Below are positions 1 through 9,494 of a DNA stretch of 64,000 nt, one piece after another. Each line of letters starts with the position of its first letter. The first letter of the stretch is position 1. The DNA lies in contig CAWAMW010000002.1 in NCBI GenBank assembly GCA_963783305.1, positions 288,001 through 352,000 on the forward strand, in the 5' to 3' direction. The DNA is from an uncultured Gemmatimonadales bacterium. Its GTDB lineage: Bacteria; Gemmatimonadota; Gemmatimonadetes; Longimicrobiales; RSA9. The translations under genes and the position numbers were made by a program. The notes below the pieces were generated by a model. That model made no database searches and was not told the origin of the DNA. It saw only the letters and a list, made by a program, of their open reading frames with translations.

Positions 1-1048
1 TGGTGGGCAGCCCCGTGCTCGGGCCGCCGCGCTGCACATCCACCAGCACCAGCGGGATCTCCGTCATCATGGCAAGACCCAGGAACTCCGTCTTCAGCGC
101 CAGACCCGGCCCCGACGTGATCGTCCAGGCCACCTTCCCGGAGTAGGAAGCGCCGATGGCCACGCCCGCCGCGGCGATCTCGTCCTCCGCCTGATGCAGG
201 GTGCCGCCGAATCGCTCGTACATCTCGCCCAGCTGGTGTGACACCGACGTGGCCGGCGTGATCGGGTACATGGCCGCCAGATCCATCCCCGCCGCCACAC
301 CGCCCAGCGCGATGGCCTCGTTCCCGTTCATCACCACCATCGCCTGCGCCTGCGCTTCCGGCGTCACGTCCACCCGGAAGTCCAGGTTCTCCGACGCCCA
401 GTCCCACCCCAGCTGCACCAGCTGATGGTTCTTGTCCGTGATCTCCTGCTTCTTGTTCCGGAAGGCGTACGCGATCTGGTCCCGTACGATCTGCATGTCG
501 CGGTCGTAGATCCACGAGAGGATCCCGAGCACGAACATGTTCTTCCCTTTCCGGGGATCGTCCACCACCGTCTTGCAGATCTCGTCCATCGGGATCTCGA
601 TCACACGGTAGTTCTTCGGCGAGATCTCCTTCATCGCCGCGACCCACTGCTTGCGGATCGTCTCATCCGGGTGGTCCTTCCACCGGTTCTCCAGCAGCAC
701 CACCGCATTGTCGGTCAGCGCGTCCACCCGGTGTCGGTTCAGCAGCACCTGCTCGTTGAACGCCACCACCAGGTCCGTGGAGTCCCCCCAGTTGCTGATG
801 TGACCCCGACCGATCCGGATTCGGTTCCCGCTCGCGCCCGCGGGGATCCGTGGCGGTGGCTGGATCTCCGCTGGGATCAGCTCCACCGTCCATACGCCGT
901 TGCCCATCTTCGCCGATACCGCACCGAAGATCTGGCCGCACTTCTGCGCGCCTTCCCCCGGATCGGATACGATCTCGATGGTGTGCTCCCGGGCGTCCAC
1001 CACTCGTGGCTTCCGCGTCCGCTTCGTCTCTTTTGTTACGGTCGTCAT
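1..1048 (-). CDS. korA: 2-oxoacid:ferredoxin oxidoreductase subunit alpha (runs off the left edge)
   Basis: Not in the ORF track. Manual translation gives MTTVTKETKRTRKPRVVDAREHTIEIVSDPGEGAQKCG..PAEI..GKNMFVLG..GNEAIALG..YPITPATS..QAEDEIAA..TSGPGLALKTE. GAGG RBS upstream. Confidence 0.85.
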   Translation of the reverse strand, partial: MTTVTKETKRTRKPRVVDAREHTIEIVSDPGEGAQKCGQIFGAVSAKMGNGVWTVELIPAEIQPPPRIPAGASGNRIRIGRGHISNWGDSTDLVVAFNEQVLLNRHRVDALTDNAVVLLENRWKDHPDETIRKQWVAAMKEISPKNYRVIEIPMDEICKTVVDDPRKGKNMFVLGILSWIYDRDMQIVRDQIAYAFRNKKQEITDKNHQLVQLGWDWASENLDFRVDVTPEAQAQAMVVMNGNEAIALGGVAAGMDLAAMYPITPATSVSHQLGEMYERFGGTLHQAEDEIAAAGVAIGASYSGKVAWTITSGPGLALKTEFLGLAMMTEIPLVLVDVQRGGPSTGLPT

Positions 1049-1507
1049 CACCGACCTCGGATGAGGGTCCTCACAATCTTCGACTCCAATATGACCCCGT
1101 CGGGGAGGTGCCACTGTCGGGGTCGGGTGGGAATTCTCGTGGGGAGAGGACGGTATTGGAGGGTAGGGGATTTCCCCAGGCGCCCTCAGGAAACGGCCTA
1201 CGAAACGCTCACGATGACGGGAACCACACTACACGGCGCTGCCGTTGTCCGCCCCGTCCGGGGTCGGACGGGGAGAGAACAACGGGCTCCGTCCACCCAG
1301 GAGGCTTCCGCCCCGCGGTGGCGGCACCCTGGCGACAGGGCGGATGATCACGTAGAGGGAGGATGCATCACGGGGAAAGCCGGGCGGCTGGAGGCCGCCG
1401 CCGTGAGCACCGTCCTGCAGGGTACACGGGGGCCGGTGCGGATACACCGGGGCGCGCGGGCCGGAACGGCCCCGCGGGTGAGAAGAGGCGGGGGACCCGC
1501 CCGGGTC

Positions 1508-1726
1508 CTACTTGTGCCGGTAGACGATGCGGCCGCGCGTGAGGTCGTACGGGGAGAGCACCAGCGTCACACGGTCGCCCGTGAGCACACGGATCTTGAA
1601 CTTCGACATTTTCCCCGCGGCGTACGCCAGCACCTCGTGGCCGTTCTCCAGCTCCACTCGATACATCCGGTCCGGGAGCACGTCCGTCACGACGCCCTCC
1701 ATCTCGATTCCTTCCTGTTTCGCCAT
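1508..1726 (-). CDS. infA: Translation initiation factor IF-1
   Basis: 72 aa, [43 protein letters not shown]. Confidence 0.97.
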   Translation of the reverse strand: MAKQEGIEMEGVVTDVLPDRMYRVELENGHEVLAYAAGKMSKFKIRVLTGDRVTLVLSPYDLTRGRIVYRHK

Positions 1727-1803
1727 ATCGCCTGTCTCGTTTGATTGATACTCCGGGTCCGCTCCTCATACCCGGGGCGACCCCATCCGTTCGTCCGGCT
1801 CGC

Positions 1804-2013
1804 TCAGCCCACCTTGGCCACGTTCTCCGCGGCCGGACCCTTCTCGCCCTGGACCATGTTGAACTCCACCCGCTCGCCCTCGGCCAGCGATTTGAACCCC
1901 TCGCCCTGGATCGCCGAGTGATGCACGAAGCAGTCCCTCTCGCCCCCCTCGGGCTCGATGAATCCGAAGCCCTTGGCGTCGTTGAACCACTTCACCGTTC
2001 CCTGCGTCCGCAT
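1804..2013 (-). CDS. cspA: Cold-shock protein (CSD)
   Basis: 69 aa; [15 protein letters not shown] (RNP1) and FVHHSAI (RNP2); GGGAG upstream of ATG 2013. Confidence 0.95.
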   Translation of the reverse strand: MRTQGTVKWFNDAKGFGFIEPEGGERDCFVHHSAIQGEGFKSLAEGERVEFNMVQGEKGPAAENVAKVG

Positions 2014-2134
2014 GATCGTCGTGCTCCCGATTTCCGGTCCAAAAAGAAAAGCGACCCCGGGCCAACCGCTCACCCCAGATCGCTAGACTCACGGGTTCCC
2101 GCCTGCCGCCCGGACGATCCTCTCGTCCGCGCCA

Positions 2135-2163
2135 ACGTTAGGCGGTGCCCGTAGTGGAGTCAA
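2135..2163 (-). promoter_or_regulatory. sigma70-type promoter for csp-infA
   Basis: Minus strand TTGACT (2163-2158), 17 nt spacer, TAACGT (2140-2135); implies a 5' UTR of about 115 nt. Confidence 0.65.
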
Positions 2164-2174
2164 GAACGCCCGCC

Positions 2175-2786
2175 CTACCCGGTGATCGTCACGGGGACCG
2201 GGTTGGTCAGCCGCACCTCCTGCGTGTCCCGGATGCGGTTGATCACGCGCTTGAACCAGTTGGGCGGCCGTTTCTCACCCCCGTGCTCCATCACGATCCG
2301 GGCGACCCGGAGCACGTCCGCGTTGCTCATCCGCACGCACCCGTGGGACGCCGCCTCCCCGAGCTCGGAAACCGAGCGCGTGCCGTGGATGTAGAAGGTG
2401 GGCGCCCTGAAGAACATCTTCACGCGACCCATGGGGTTGTTCCACCCTGGGCCCACCGGCTTCTTGCCCCGCGCCCAGTCCGAGTCGGGCGGGTTCCAGC
2501 TCGGGTTCCACACCATCCAGTCGATCTGGTAGGATCCCGTGGGCGTCGGGTGCGCCGAAGACCCCACCGTGACCGGGTGCGTCTGTGTCACCACCCCGTT
2601 CTCCACCACGGACAACGTCCGCTCCGACAGGTCGACCTCCAGCCGCAGGGTCGCCGAAGGCAGCCCGGTCGAGGACGATCTCGGCGTCGAGAACGCAAGC
2701 AAACCCACCGCGGCCGCCAGAACCACCGCCATTATTCCGAGAATGAAACGTTTGCTCACTGTTTGCTCCGTCCGTGATCTCGCCAT
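2175..2786 (-). CDS. L,D-transpeptidase (YkuD family)
   Basis: N-terminal TM/signal, HPTPTG, IHGT..ASHGCVRM catalytic motif; start codon uncertain. Confidence 0.9.
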   Translation of the reverse strand: MARSRTEQTVSKRFILGIMAVVLAAAVGLLAFSTPRSSSTGLPSATLRLEVDLSERTLSVVENGVVTQTHPVTVGSSAHPTPTGSYQIDWMVWNPSWNPPDSDWARGKKPVGPGWNNPMGRVKMFFRAPTFYIHGTRSVSELGEAASHGCVRMSNADVLRVARIVMEHGGEKRPPNWFKRVINRIRDTQEVRLTNPVPVTITG

Positions 2787-2982
2787 AGGTCCCCTTTTCA
2801 CAACGGCTTACAGTGCACGAAAGGGGCCACGGATACCGGCAGCGCGCGGCCGCCGTTGCACCGCTCCACGCACCATCGCGACCGGGTATTTTGCCCCTCT
2901 GAACGACGGTGATACGAGGAGGGTCGGCCGACCTGGGTGTTACCGCTCGCCCACGGAACACCTCTTGCCCCCGCACGAACCC

Positions 2983-3366
2983 ATGGAAATCCATCTGAGC
3001 ACCGACGAGAGTATCCGCCTCACCGATAGCGGCCCAGGGCTCGCGTTCGAGCCGGGCGAGGCGGAATCGCTGTCCCCGTTCCATCTGCTGGCCGCCTCGC
3101 TCGCCACGTGCACCTATTCAGTGCTCCAGAGCTACGGGCAGCACGCCAGGCTCCCGCTGGACTCCCTCGCCATCGATGTGGCCTGGACGCTCGGCGGGGA
3201 CCCGTTCCGCGTGATCGACATGGAGATGGTCCTGCACTGGCCAGGCCTCCCCCCTGCGCGGCGAGAGGCGGCCCGACGCGCGGCTGCCCACTGCACGATC
3301 CACCAGACGCTGGGCCACGACCTCGAAGTCCGCACCCTCGTGGACGAGCCCGACGCCAGCCCGTGA
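2983..3366 (+). CDS. OsmC/Ohr family protein
   Basis: SPFHLLAASLATCT...AAHCTIHQTL, both family cysteines present. Confidence 0.75.
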   Translation: MEIHLSTDESIRLTDSGPGLAFEPGEAESLSPFHLLAASLATCTYSVLQSYGQHARLPLDSLAIDVAWTLGGDPFRVIDMEMVLHWPGLPPARREAARRAAAHCTIHQTLGHDLEVRTLVDEPDASP

Positions 3367-3749
3367 GCCCCGACGCCGGCTCCAGCCCATGGACCGTGGT
3401 CTACGACGGCCGGTGCCGCGTCTGCATCCGGTCCGTGAACCTGCTCCGCGACTGGGATCGCTACGGCCGCTTCGAGCTGGTCGCCTACCAGTCCGCCGGG
3501 GTGCCCGAGCGGTTCCCCCGGATCGCGCCGGAGGAGTTCGAGGCCTCCGTCCAACTGATCGGCCCGCGCGGCGAACGCCTCCAGGGACCCGATGCGGTGG
3601 AAAAGATCCTCCAGCTCACCCCCCGGACCCGCCCCCTCGCCTGGCTCTTTCGCGTCCCCCTCGTCCGCCCCCTCGTACGACGCGCGTACCACCTCTTCGC
3701 CCGCAATCGCGGCTTGTTCGCCTGCGATGAGCACTGCGGCATCGTCTGA
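3363..3749 (+). CDS. DCC1-like thiol-disulfide oxidoreductase (DUF393)
   Basis: VVYDGRCRVC motif, Y..FARNR near C-terminus; GTGA overlap with the OsmC stop. Confidence 0.85.
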   Translation: MSPDAGSSPWTVVYDGRCRVCIRSVNLLRDWDRYGRFELVAYQSAGVPERFPRIAPEEFEASVQLIGPRGERLQGPDAVEKILQLTPRTRPLAWLFRVPLVRPLVRRAYHLFARNRGLFACDEHCGIV

Positions 3750-3836
3750 CGCCGCACCCACGCTGGCCCGCCGGACCCCCGGCAGCGTAGTATCCCGGGA
3801 AATGCGTGAATCCTCCGAACCCGGAGCCATACGACG

Positions 3837-6503
3837 ATGGCCATGCCCGACCGCCCCGCTCTTCGTTCCCCATCCACACGCTCGACCGCCGCGCTCTTCC
3901 TGCTGACGGCGGCCGCCCTGCTCCTCCCCGCCGGGGCCGCGGCGCAACACGCCCTCGCCGCGGGTGGAAGCTACGACCCGGCGGTGCCAACCCCCGCGAG
4001 CGTGCTCGGCTACGAGCTCGGGGACCGGTTCACACCGCACCACATGATCGCCCGGTACCTGGAGGCGGTGGCGGCGGCGAGCCCCCGCGTGCGATTGGAT
4101 ACGGCCGGGTACAGCTTCGAAGGGAGGGAAGTCTTCCTCGCGGTGATCACGAGCGCTGCCAACCAGGCACGCATCGAGGAGATCCAGGCGGCGGCCCGGC
4201 GGCTGGCGGACCCGCGCGGCGCGTCCCGCGCCGGGCTGGACCGCGACATCGCCTCCACGCCGGCCATCGTGTGGCTCGGCTACACCATCCACGGCAATGA
4301 GGCCAGCGGCGTCGAGGCGGGGCTCGCCACGCTGTACCAGCTCGCGGCGGGAACGGATGCGGAAACTCGGATGATGCTGGACAGCACGGTCGTCCTGATC
4401 GATCCGGTCCAGAACCCGGACGGGCACGAGCGCCACGTGCAGGACGTCATGCGCGATCTCGGCGCGTTCGGACCGGACCCGTACCCCGCGGCCATGGTCC
4501 ACGGCGCCGCCTGGCCGGGCGCCCGCACCAGCCACTACCTGTTCGACCTGAACCGGGACTGGTTCCTCCACAGCCACCCCGAGACCGCGGCCCGGACCCG
4601 CGCGTTTCTGGACTGGGCCCCGCACGTGGCGGCGGACCTCCATGAGATGGGCTCCAGCTCCACCTACTTCTTCGCGCCACCCATGGAGCCGTACAACCCC
4701 AATGTGCCGCCGTCCATCCCGGAATGGTGGGACATCTTCGCCGCCTCGAACGCCGAGGCCATGGCCGCCCGAGGCTGGGGCTTCTTCACCGCGGAGAGCT
4801 TCGACGAGTTCTACCCCGGCTACGGCGTCTCCTGGCCAGTCCTCACCGGCGCCATCGGGATGACCTACGAGCAGGGCTCCAGCGGCGGCGGCGCCATGCG
4901 CCGCGACGACGGCACGGTCCTCACGCTCCGCGAGGCCGCGGCCCACCACTACACCACCAGCATGGCGACTGTGAGGACCGCGGCGGCCCGCCGCATGGCA
5001 CGGGTCCGCGACTACACCGAGTTCCGACGGACCGCCATCACGGAGCGCGAGGGCGCGCCCCTCCGCACCATTGTCCTGGAGCCGGACGCCCAGGGCCGCG
5101 CGCGCGAGCTGGTGGACGTGCTGCTGGGCAATCGTATAGAGGTCGGCCGGCTGGAGCGCGCGGCGGAGATCACCGCCACGCCCTACGGCGAAGCCGACCG
5201 CCGCCGGGTGCGTCTCCCGGCGGGCGCCTGGGTCATCGACCTCGCCCAGCCCCAGGGCCGCCTCGCGAAGGCGATCCTGGAGCCCGACGCCGCGCTCCCC
5301 GACGCCTTCATCGAAGAAGAGCTCGCGGCCCGGCGGGAGGGCCGCTCCGACCGGTTCTACGACATCACCGCATGGTCCCTTCCCCTCACGTTTCGGGTCG
5401 ACGCCTGGTGGACGGGGGACAGGATCGGCGGCGTCGCGCCGGTTTCCATGGAGACCGCGGCCGGAGCGCCCGTCCATGGTGCTGTAGCCGCCCGGCCCGA
5501 GCCGGCGCGCTACGCCTACGTCTTCGAGCCCGGCTCGGAAGCGTCCTACCGCATGCTCGGCGCGCTGCTCGCAGACAGCGTCCGCGTCCGGCACGCCCCC
5601 GCGGCGTTCCGGGTCGGTGGGTCGGACTTCCCCGGGGGTGCGTTCGTCGTGCTGGTCCACCGGAACCGAGGCGATTCTGACGTCGACCTCCACCAGCGCG
5701 TGGGTGACCTGGCCGAATCGACCGGCGCCCGGGTCACGGCCGTCCACACCGCGCTCGTGGAGAGCGGCCCCGACCTGGGCAGCAACAGCGTGCGTATGAT
5801 CCCACCGGCCCGCGTGGCGCTGGTGGGCGGCCCCGGCATCTCCTCCTACTCCTTCGGCGCCGCCTGGTACGCGTTCGACCAGCGCCTGCGGTTCCCTGTC
5901 ACGCGGGTGGAGCTCGCCGACCTGACTCGTTCGCTCCCCGACTTCGATGTCGTCGTTTTGCCCTCGGCCTGGAGCCTGACCGGCACGGTCGACGACAGCG
6001 ATGTCCGAGCTCTCGAGAGCTGGGTGCGCGATGGCGGCACTCTCGTCACCCTCGACGCCACCACGGCGTGGCTCGCGGCACGGCCGGACTTCGGCCGCCT
6101 CGGCACCCGCGCCGATACCCTTCGCGAGAAGGGACGGGACGTCCAGGCGTCCGTCCCCGGTGCCATCGTCCGCGCCACCGCCGACACGCTGTCCCCGCTC
6201 CTCGCTGGGGTCAATACCGGCGAGATCCCGGTGATGCTTTCGGGGAGCGCGGTGTTCGAAGCGCCCCACGACGTCCGCCCGGGCGAGGTGGTGCTGCGGT
6301 ACGCCGAGCCGGACCGCCTCCGTATGGCCGGCTACCTCTGGCCGGGAGTGGCCGAGCGCGTCGCCGGCGCCCCCGTCGTGTGGACCGAGCGGATCGGGTC
6401 GGGTCGCGTCGTCGCCTTCGCGAACGACCCCACCTTCCGCATGCTCTGGCACGGCATGCTCCCGCTGTTCGCCAACGCCGTCTTCCTCGGGGGCAGCTTT
6501 TGA
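3837..6503 (+). CDS. Secreted M14 zinc carboxypeptidase-family protein, paralog 1
   Basis: Signal peptide, IHGNE, NPDG, DLNRDW, DLHEMG; 888 aa. Confidence 0.88.
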   Translation: MAMPDRPALRSPSTRSTAALFLLTAAALLLPAGAAAQHALAAGGSYDPAVPTPASVLGYELGDRFTPHHMIARYLEAVAAASPRVRLDTAGYSFEGREVFLAVITSAANQARIEEIQAAARRLADPRGASRAGLDRDIASTPAIVWLGYTIHGNEASGVEAGLATLYQLAAGTDAETRMMLDSTVVLIDPVQNPDGHERHVQDVMRDLGAFGPDPYPAAMVHGAAWPGARTSHYLFDLNRDWFLHSHPETAARTRAFLDWAPHVAADLHEMGSSSTYFFAPPMEPYNPNVPPSIPEWWDIFAASNAEAMAARGWGFFTAESFDEFYPGYGVSWPVLTGAIGMTYEQGSSGGGAMRRDDGTVLTLREAAAHHYTTSMATVRTAAARRMARVRDYTEFRRTAITEREGAPLRTIVLEPDAQGRARELVDVLLGNRIEVGRLERAAEITATPYGEADRRRVRLPAGAWVIDLAQPQGRLAKAILEPDAALPDAFIEEELAARREGRSDRFYDITAWSLPLTFRVDAWWTGDRIGGVAPVSMETAAGAPVHGAVAARPEPARYAYVFEPGSEASYRMLGALLADSVRVRHAPAAFRVGGSDFPGGAFVVLVHRNRGDSDVDLHQRVGDLAESTGARVTAVHTALVESGPDLGSNSVRMIPPARVALVGGPGISSYSFGAAWYAFDQRLRFPVTRVELADLTRSLPDFDVVVLPSAWSLTGTVDDSDVRALESWVRDGGTLVTLDATTAWLAARPDFGRLGTRADTLREKGRDVQASVPGAIVRATADTLSPLLAGVNTGEIPVMLSGSAVFEAPHDVRPGEVVLRYAEPDRLRMAGYLWPGVAERVAGAPVVWTERIGSGRVVAFANDPTFRMLWHGMLPLFANAVFLGGSF

Positions 6504-6573
6504 GGCTGGCCGACCGCCGCTCCCACGCCGTACCTTGCCTGCCCGTTCCCAACCAAAACACAGGTAGCCATCC

Positions 6574-9222
6574 ATGCGAATGACTCGCGCCCTCCTGATC
6601 GCGTTCATCCTGCTCCCGTCCGCACTGAGCGCACAGCATGCCCTCGGCGGCCAGGGCCCGTACGACCCCTCGATCCCGACGCCCGCCTCCGTACTCGGCT
6701 ACGAGCTGGGAGAGGCGTTCACACCGCACCACATGATCGTGCGCTACGCCAGCATGCTGGCGGAACTCAGCGATCGCATGACACTCGACACCGTGGCCAC
6801 CACCTACGAGGGCCGGCCGGTCCTCCTGGCCACCGTCACCAGCGCGGCGAACCAGGCGAGCATCGACCAGATCCGGGCGGGCGCGCAGCGACTCGCGGAC
6901 CCGCGGGGCGCCTCCCGGGCGGAGCTCGAGCGGCTCGTTCAGAGCCAGCCCACCATCGTATGGCTCGGCTATACCGTTCACGGCGACGAGGCCAGCGGCG
7001 TCGAGGCCGCGCTCGGCACGCTCTACCAGCTGGCCGCCGGGCAGGACGAGGAGACGCTCGCGATCCTGGAGAACACGGTCGCCCTCATCGACCCGGTGCA
7101 GAACCCGGACGGGCACGACCGGCACGTGAACCAGGTGGCGTGGGACCTCGGCCGCTTCGGACCCGACCCGTACCCCGGCGCGGTCGTGCACTGGCACGAC
7201 TGGCACGGCGGCCGCAGCAATCACTACCTCTTCGACCTCAACCGCGACTGGATCATCCACGCGCACCCGGAGACCCGCGGCCGCATGGAGGTCTTCCGCA
7301 GCTGGTTCCCGCACGTCGCCGCCGACCTCCACGAGATGGGCTCCAGCTCCACCTACTTCTTCGCGCCCCCCATGCAGCCGGTGAACGCCAACGTGCACCC
7401 GCTCATCCGCGAGGGCTGGCAGCTGTTCGCCCGCGGCAACGCCGCCGCGTTCGACGCGCACGGATGGGGATTCTTCACCCGCGAGGGCTACGACGAGTTC
7501 TATCCCGGCTACGGCCCCTCCTGGCCCCTCTACACCGGCGCCATCGGCATGACCTACGAGCAGGGCTCCAGCGAAGGGGGCGCCATCCGCCGCGATGATG
7601 GCTCCATCCTCACGCTCCGCGAGGCCGCGCTCCACCACTACGCCGGCAGCCGCGCAACGCTCCGCACGGCCGCCGAGAATCGCGCCGGCCGCGTCGCCGA
7701 CTACCTCGCCTTCCGCCAGGCCGCCATCGAGGACAACGCCCGCGCGGACATCCGCACCATTCTCATCGCACGCGACGCCGACGGCCGCGCCGACTCTCTC
7801 GCCAGCGTGCTGCTGCGCCACGGCATCGAGGTCGGCCAGGTCGCCACCGAGACCACCGTGTCCCGCGCGACCCCGTACGGCGACGACCGCGCCGCCCGAG
7901 CCACGCTCCCGGCCGGCAGCTTCGTCATCGATCTGTCGCAGCCCCAGGGAGTGCTGGCCAGGACGCTCCTGGAGCCGGACCCCGAGTTCGACCCGGTCTT
8001 CATCCGCGAGGAGCTCGAGCGCCGCGACAGGGGCCAGGGCGACCGCTTCTACGACATGACCGGCTGGGCCCTCCCCTTCCTCTTCAATGTGAGGGCGTGG
8101 CACACGTCCCAGCGCGTGGACGCGCAGGCCCTCACCGGCGACGCTGCCCCCACCGGCGTTCCGCTCCCCGACCGCGCCGGCTACGCCTACGCGTTCGAGC
8201 CGGGCAGCGAGGCGTCGCTCCGCATGCTCGGCGGGCTGCTGTCCGACGAGATCCGGGTGCGCCACTCCCCCGGCGCCTTCCGCATCGGCGCGGCCGATTT
8301 CCCCCATGGCGCGTTCATCGTGCTCGTCCACCGGAACCGCGGCGATGACGATGGCGCGACCCTCCACGAGACCGTCCGCACCCGCGCCGCCGAGTCCGGT
8401 GCCCGCGTCGTGGCACTCCACACCGCCCTCGCCACCTCGGGCGTGGATCTCGGCAGCAACAGCGTCGAGGCCATCCCCGTCCCCAAGGTCGCCCTGATTG
8501 GTGGCGACGGCGTGAGCATCTACTCCTACGGCGCCGCCTGGTACGCCCTCGATCAGCTGCTCCACTTCCCCGTCACACGGCTGGAGCTAGAGGACCTCCC
8601 CCGCTACATCGACGACTTCAACGTGGTGATCCTGCCCTCCGCCTACTCCGTCGGCTCCACCCTCGGAGAGAACGGGACGGAAGCGCTCGAGGCCTGGGTC
8701 CGCAACGGTGGACGGCTCATCACCTTCGACGCCGCCACTCGCTGGATCGCCGCCGACGATGGGCTCGCCCGAATCCGCGCTCGCGCCACATCCGAACCCC
8801 TCGAGGACCAGGACGACGACCAGGACGAGGCCGACGATGAGGCCACCGGCGCGGCCATCCCGGCCTCCGTGCCGGGCGCCATCCTGCGGGCCCGGGGCGA
8901 CACCCTCTCTCCCCTTCTCGCGGGGATCGATCGCCCGGAGATCCCGGTCATGCTTTTCGGCGGTCATGTCTATGACACCCCCGACGACGTGCGGCCGGGC
9001 GAGGTGGCGATCCGGTACGTGGAGGACGTCGATCGGCTCCGTCTGGCCGGCTACCTCTGGCCCGAGGTGCCCGGCCGCATCGCCGGCACACCCTACCTCT
9101 GGACCGAGAGGGTCGGGTCGGGTCGGATCATCGCCTTCACCGGCGACCCCACGTTCCGCGCTTTATGGCGCGGACTCCTACCTCTTTTCGGCAACGCCGT
9201 ACTCCTCGGCGGCACCTTCTGA
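6574..9222 (+). CDS. Secreted M14 zinc carboxypeptidase-family protein, paralog 2
   Basis: Signal peptide, VHGDE, NPDG, DLNRDW, DLHEMG; colinear with paralog 1. Confidence 0.88.
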   Translation: MRMTRALLIAFILLPSALSAQHALGGQGPYDPSIPTPASVLGYELGEAFTPHHMIVRYASMLAELSDRMTLDTVATTYEGRPVLLATVTSAANQASIDQIRAGAQRLADPRGASRAELERLVQSQPTIVWLGYTVHGDEASGVEAALGTLYQLAAGQDEETLAILENTVALIDPVQNPDGHDRHVNQVAWDLGRFGPDPYPGAVVHWHDWHGGRSNHYLFDLNRDWIIHAHPETRGRMEVFRSWFPHVAADLHEMGSSSTYFFAPPMQPVNANVHPLIREGWQLFARGNAAAFDAHGWGFFTREGYDEFYPGYGPSWPLYTGAIGMTYEQGSSEGGAIRRDDGSILTLREAALHHYAGSRATLRTAAENRAGRVADYLAFRQAAIEDNARADIRTILIARDADGRADSLASVLLRHGIEVGQVATETTVSRATPYGDDRAARATLPAGSFVIDLSQPQGVLARTLLEPDPEFDPVFIREELERRDRGQGDRFYDMTGWALPFLFNVRAWHTSQRVDAQALTGDAAPTGVPLPDRAGYAYAFEPGSEASLRMLGGLLSDEIRVRHSPGAFRIGAADFPHGAFIVLVHRNRGDDDGATLHETVRTRAAESGARVVALHTALATSGVDLGSNSVEAIPVPKVALIGGDGVSIYSYGAAWYALDQLLHFPVTRLELEDLPRYIDDFNVVILPSAYSVGSTLGENGTEALEAWVRNGGRLITFDAATRWIAADDGLARIRARATSEPLEDQDDDQDEADDEATGAAIPASVPGAILRARGDTLSPLLAGIDRPEIPVMLFGGHVYDTPDDVRPGEVAIRYVEDVDRLRLAGYLWPEVPGRIAGTPYLWTERVGSGRIIAFTGDPTFRALWRGLLPLFGNAVLLGGTF

Positions 9223-9233
9223 TCGGACCCCGG

Positions 9234-9273
9234 GGGTATGGGAGGTTGCGCTAAATCGCGTTCTCCCATACCC
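9234..9273 (+). terminator. Stem-loop after the second M14 gene (terminator or 3' stabiliser)
   Basis: GGGTATGGGAG (9234-9244) / CTCCCATACCC (9263-9273), perfect 11-bp stem; no clear U tail. Confidence 0.4.
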
Positions 9274-9494
9274 TTGGGAACCCTCTTAGTGGTTGTGTAG
9301 CGATTCTGCCGCGCCCGATGTCGGTTGCGGCCCTCAATAGACAGCACATGCGCTTCGGGCGGCCACGCCGCCCTCATGCCACCCGGTGCAGCACGCTCCG
9401 GATGGCGCTATGCCGCGACCTCGCGGCTCGATCCCCAAACACCCCCCAGGGGCGTGCCGGATCGCGTATTACTCCCTGCCAAGGAGAATGCTGC

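Noticed and set aside
425..1744. 439-aa plus-strand ORF
   Set aside because: It is antisense to korA and infA, which are clearly the real genes.
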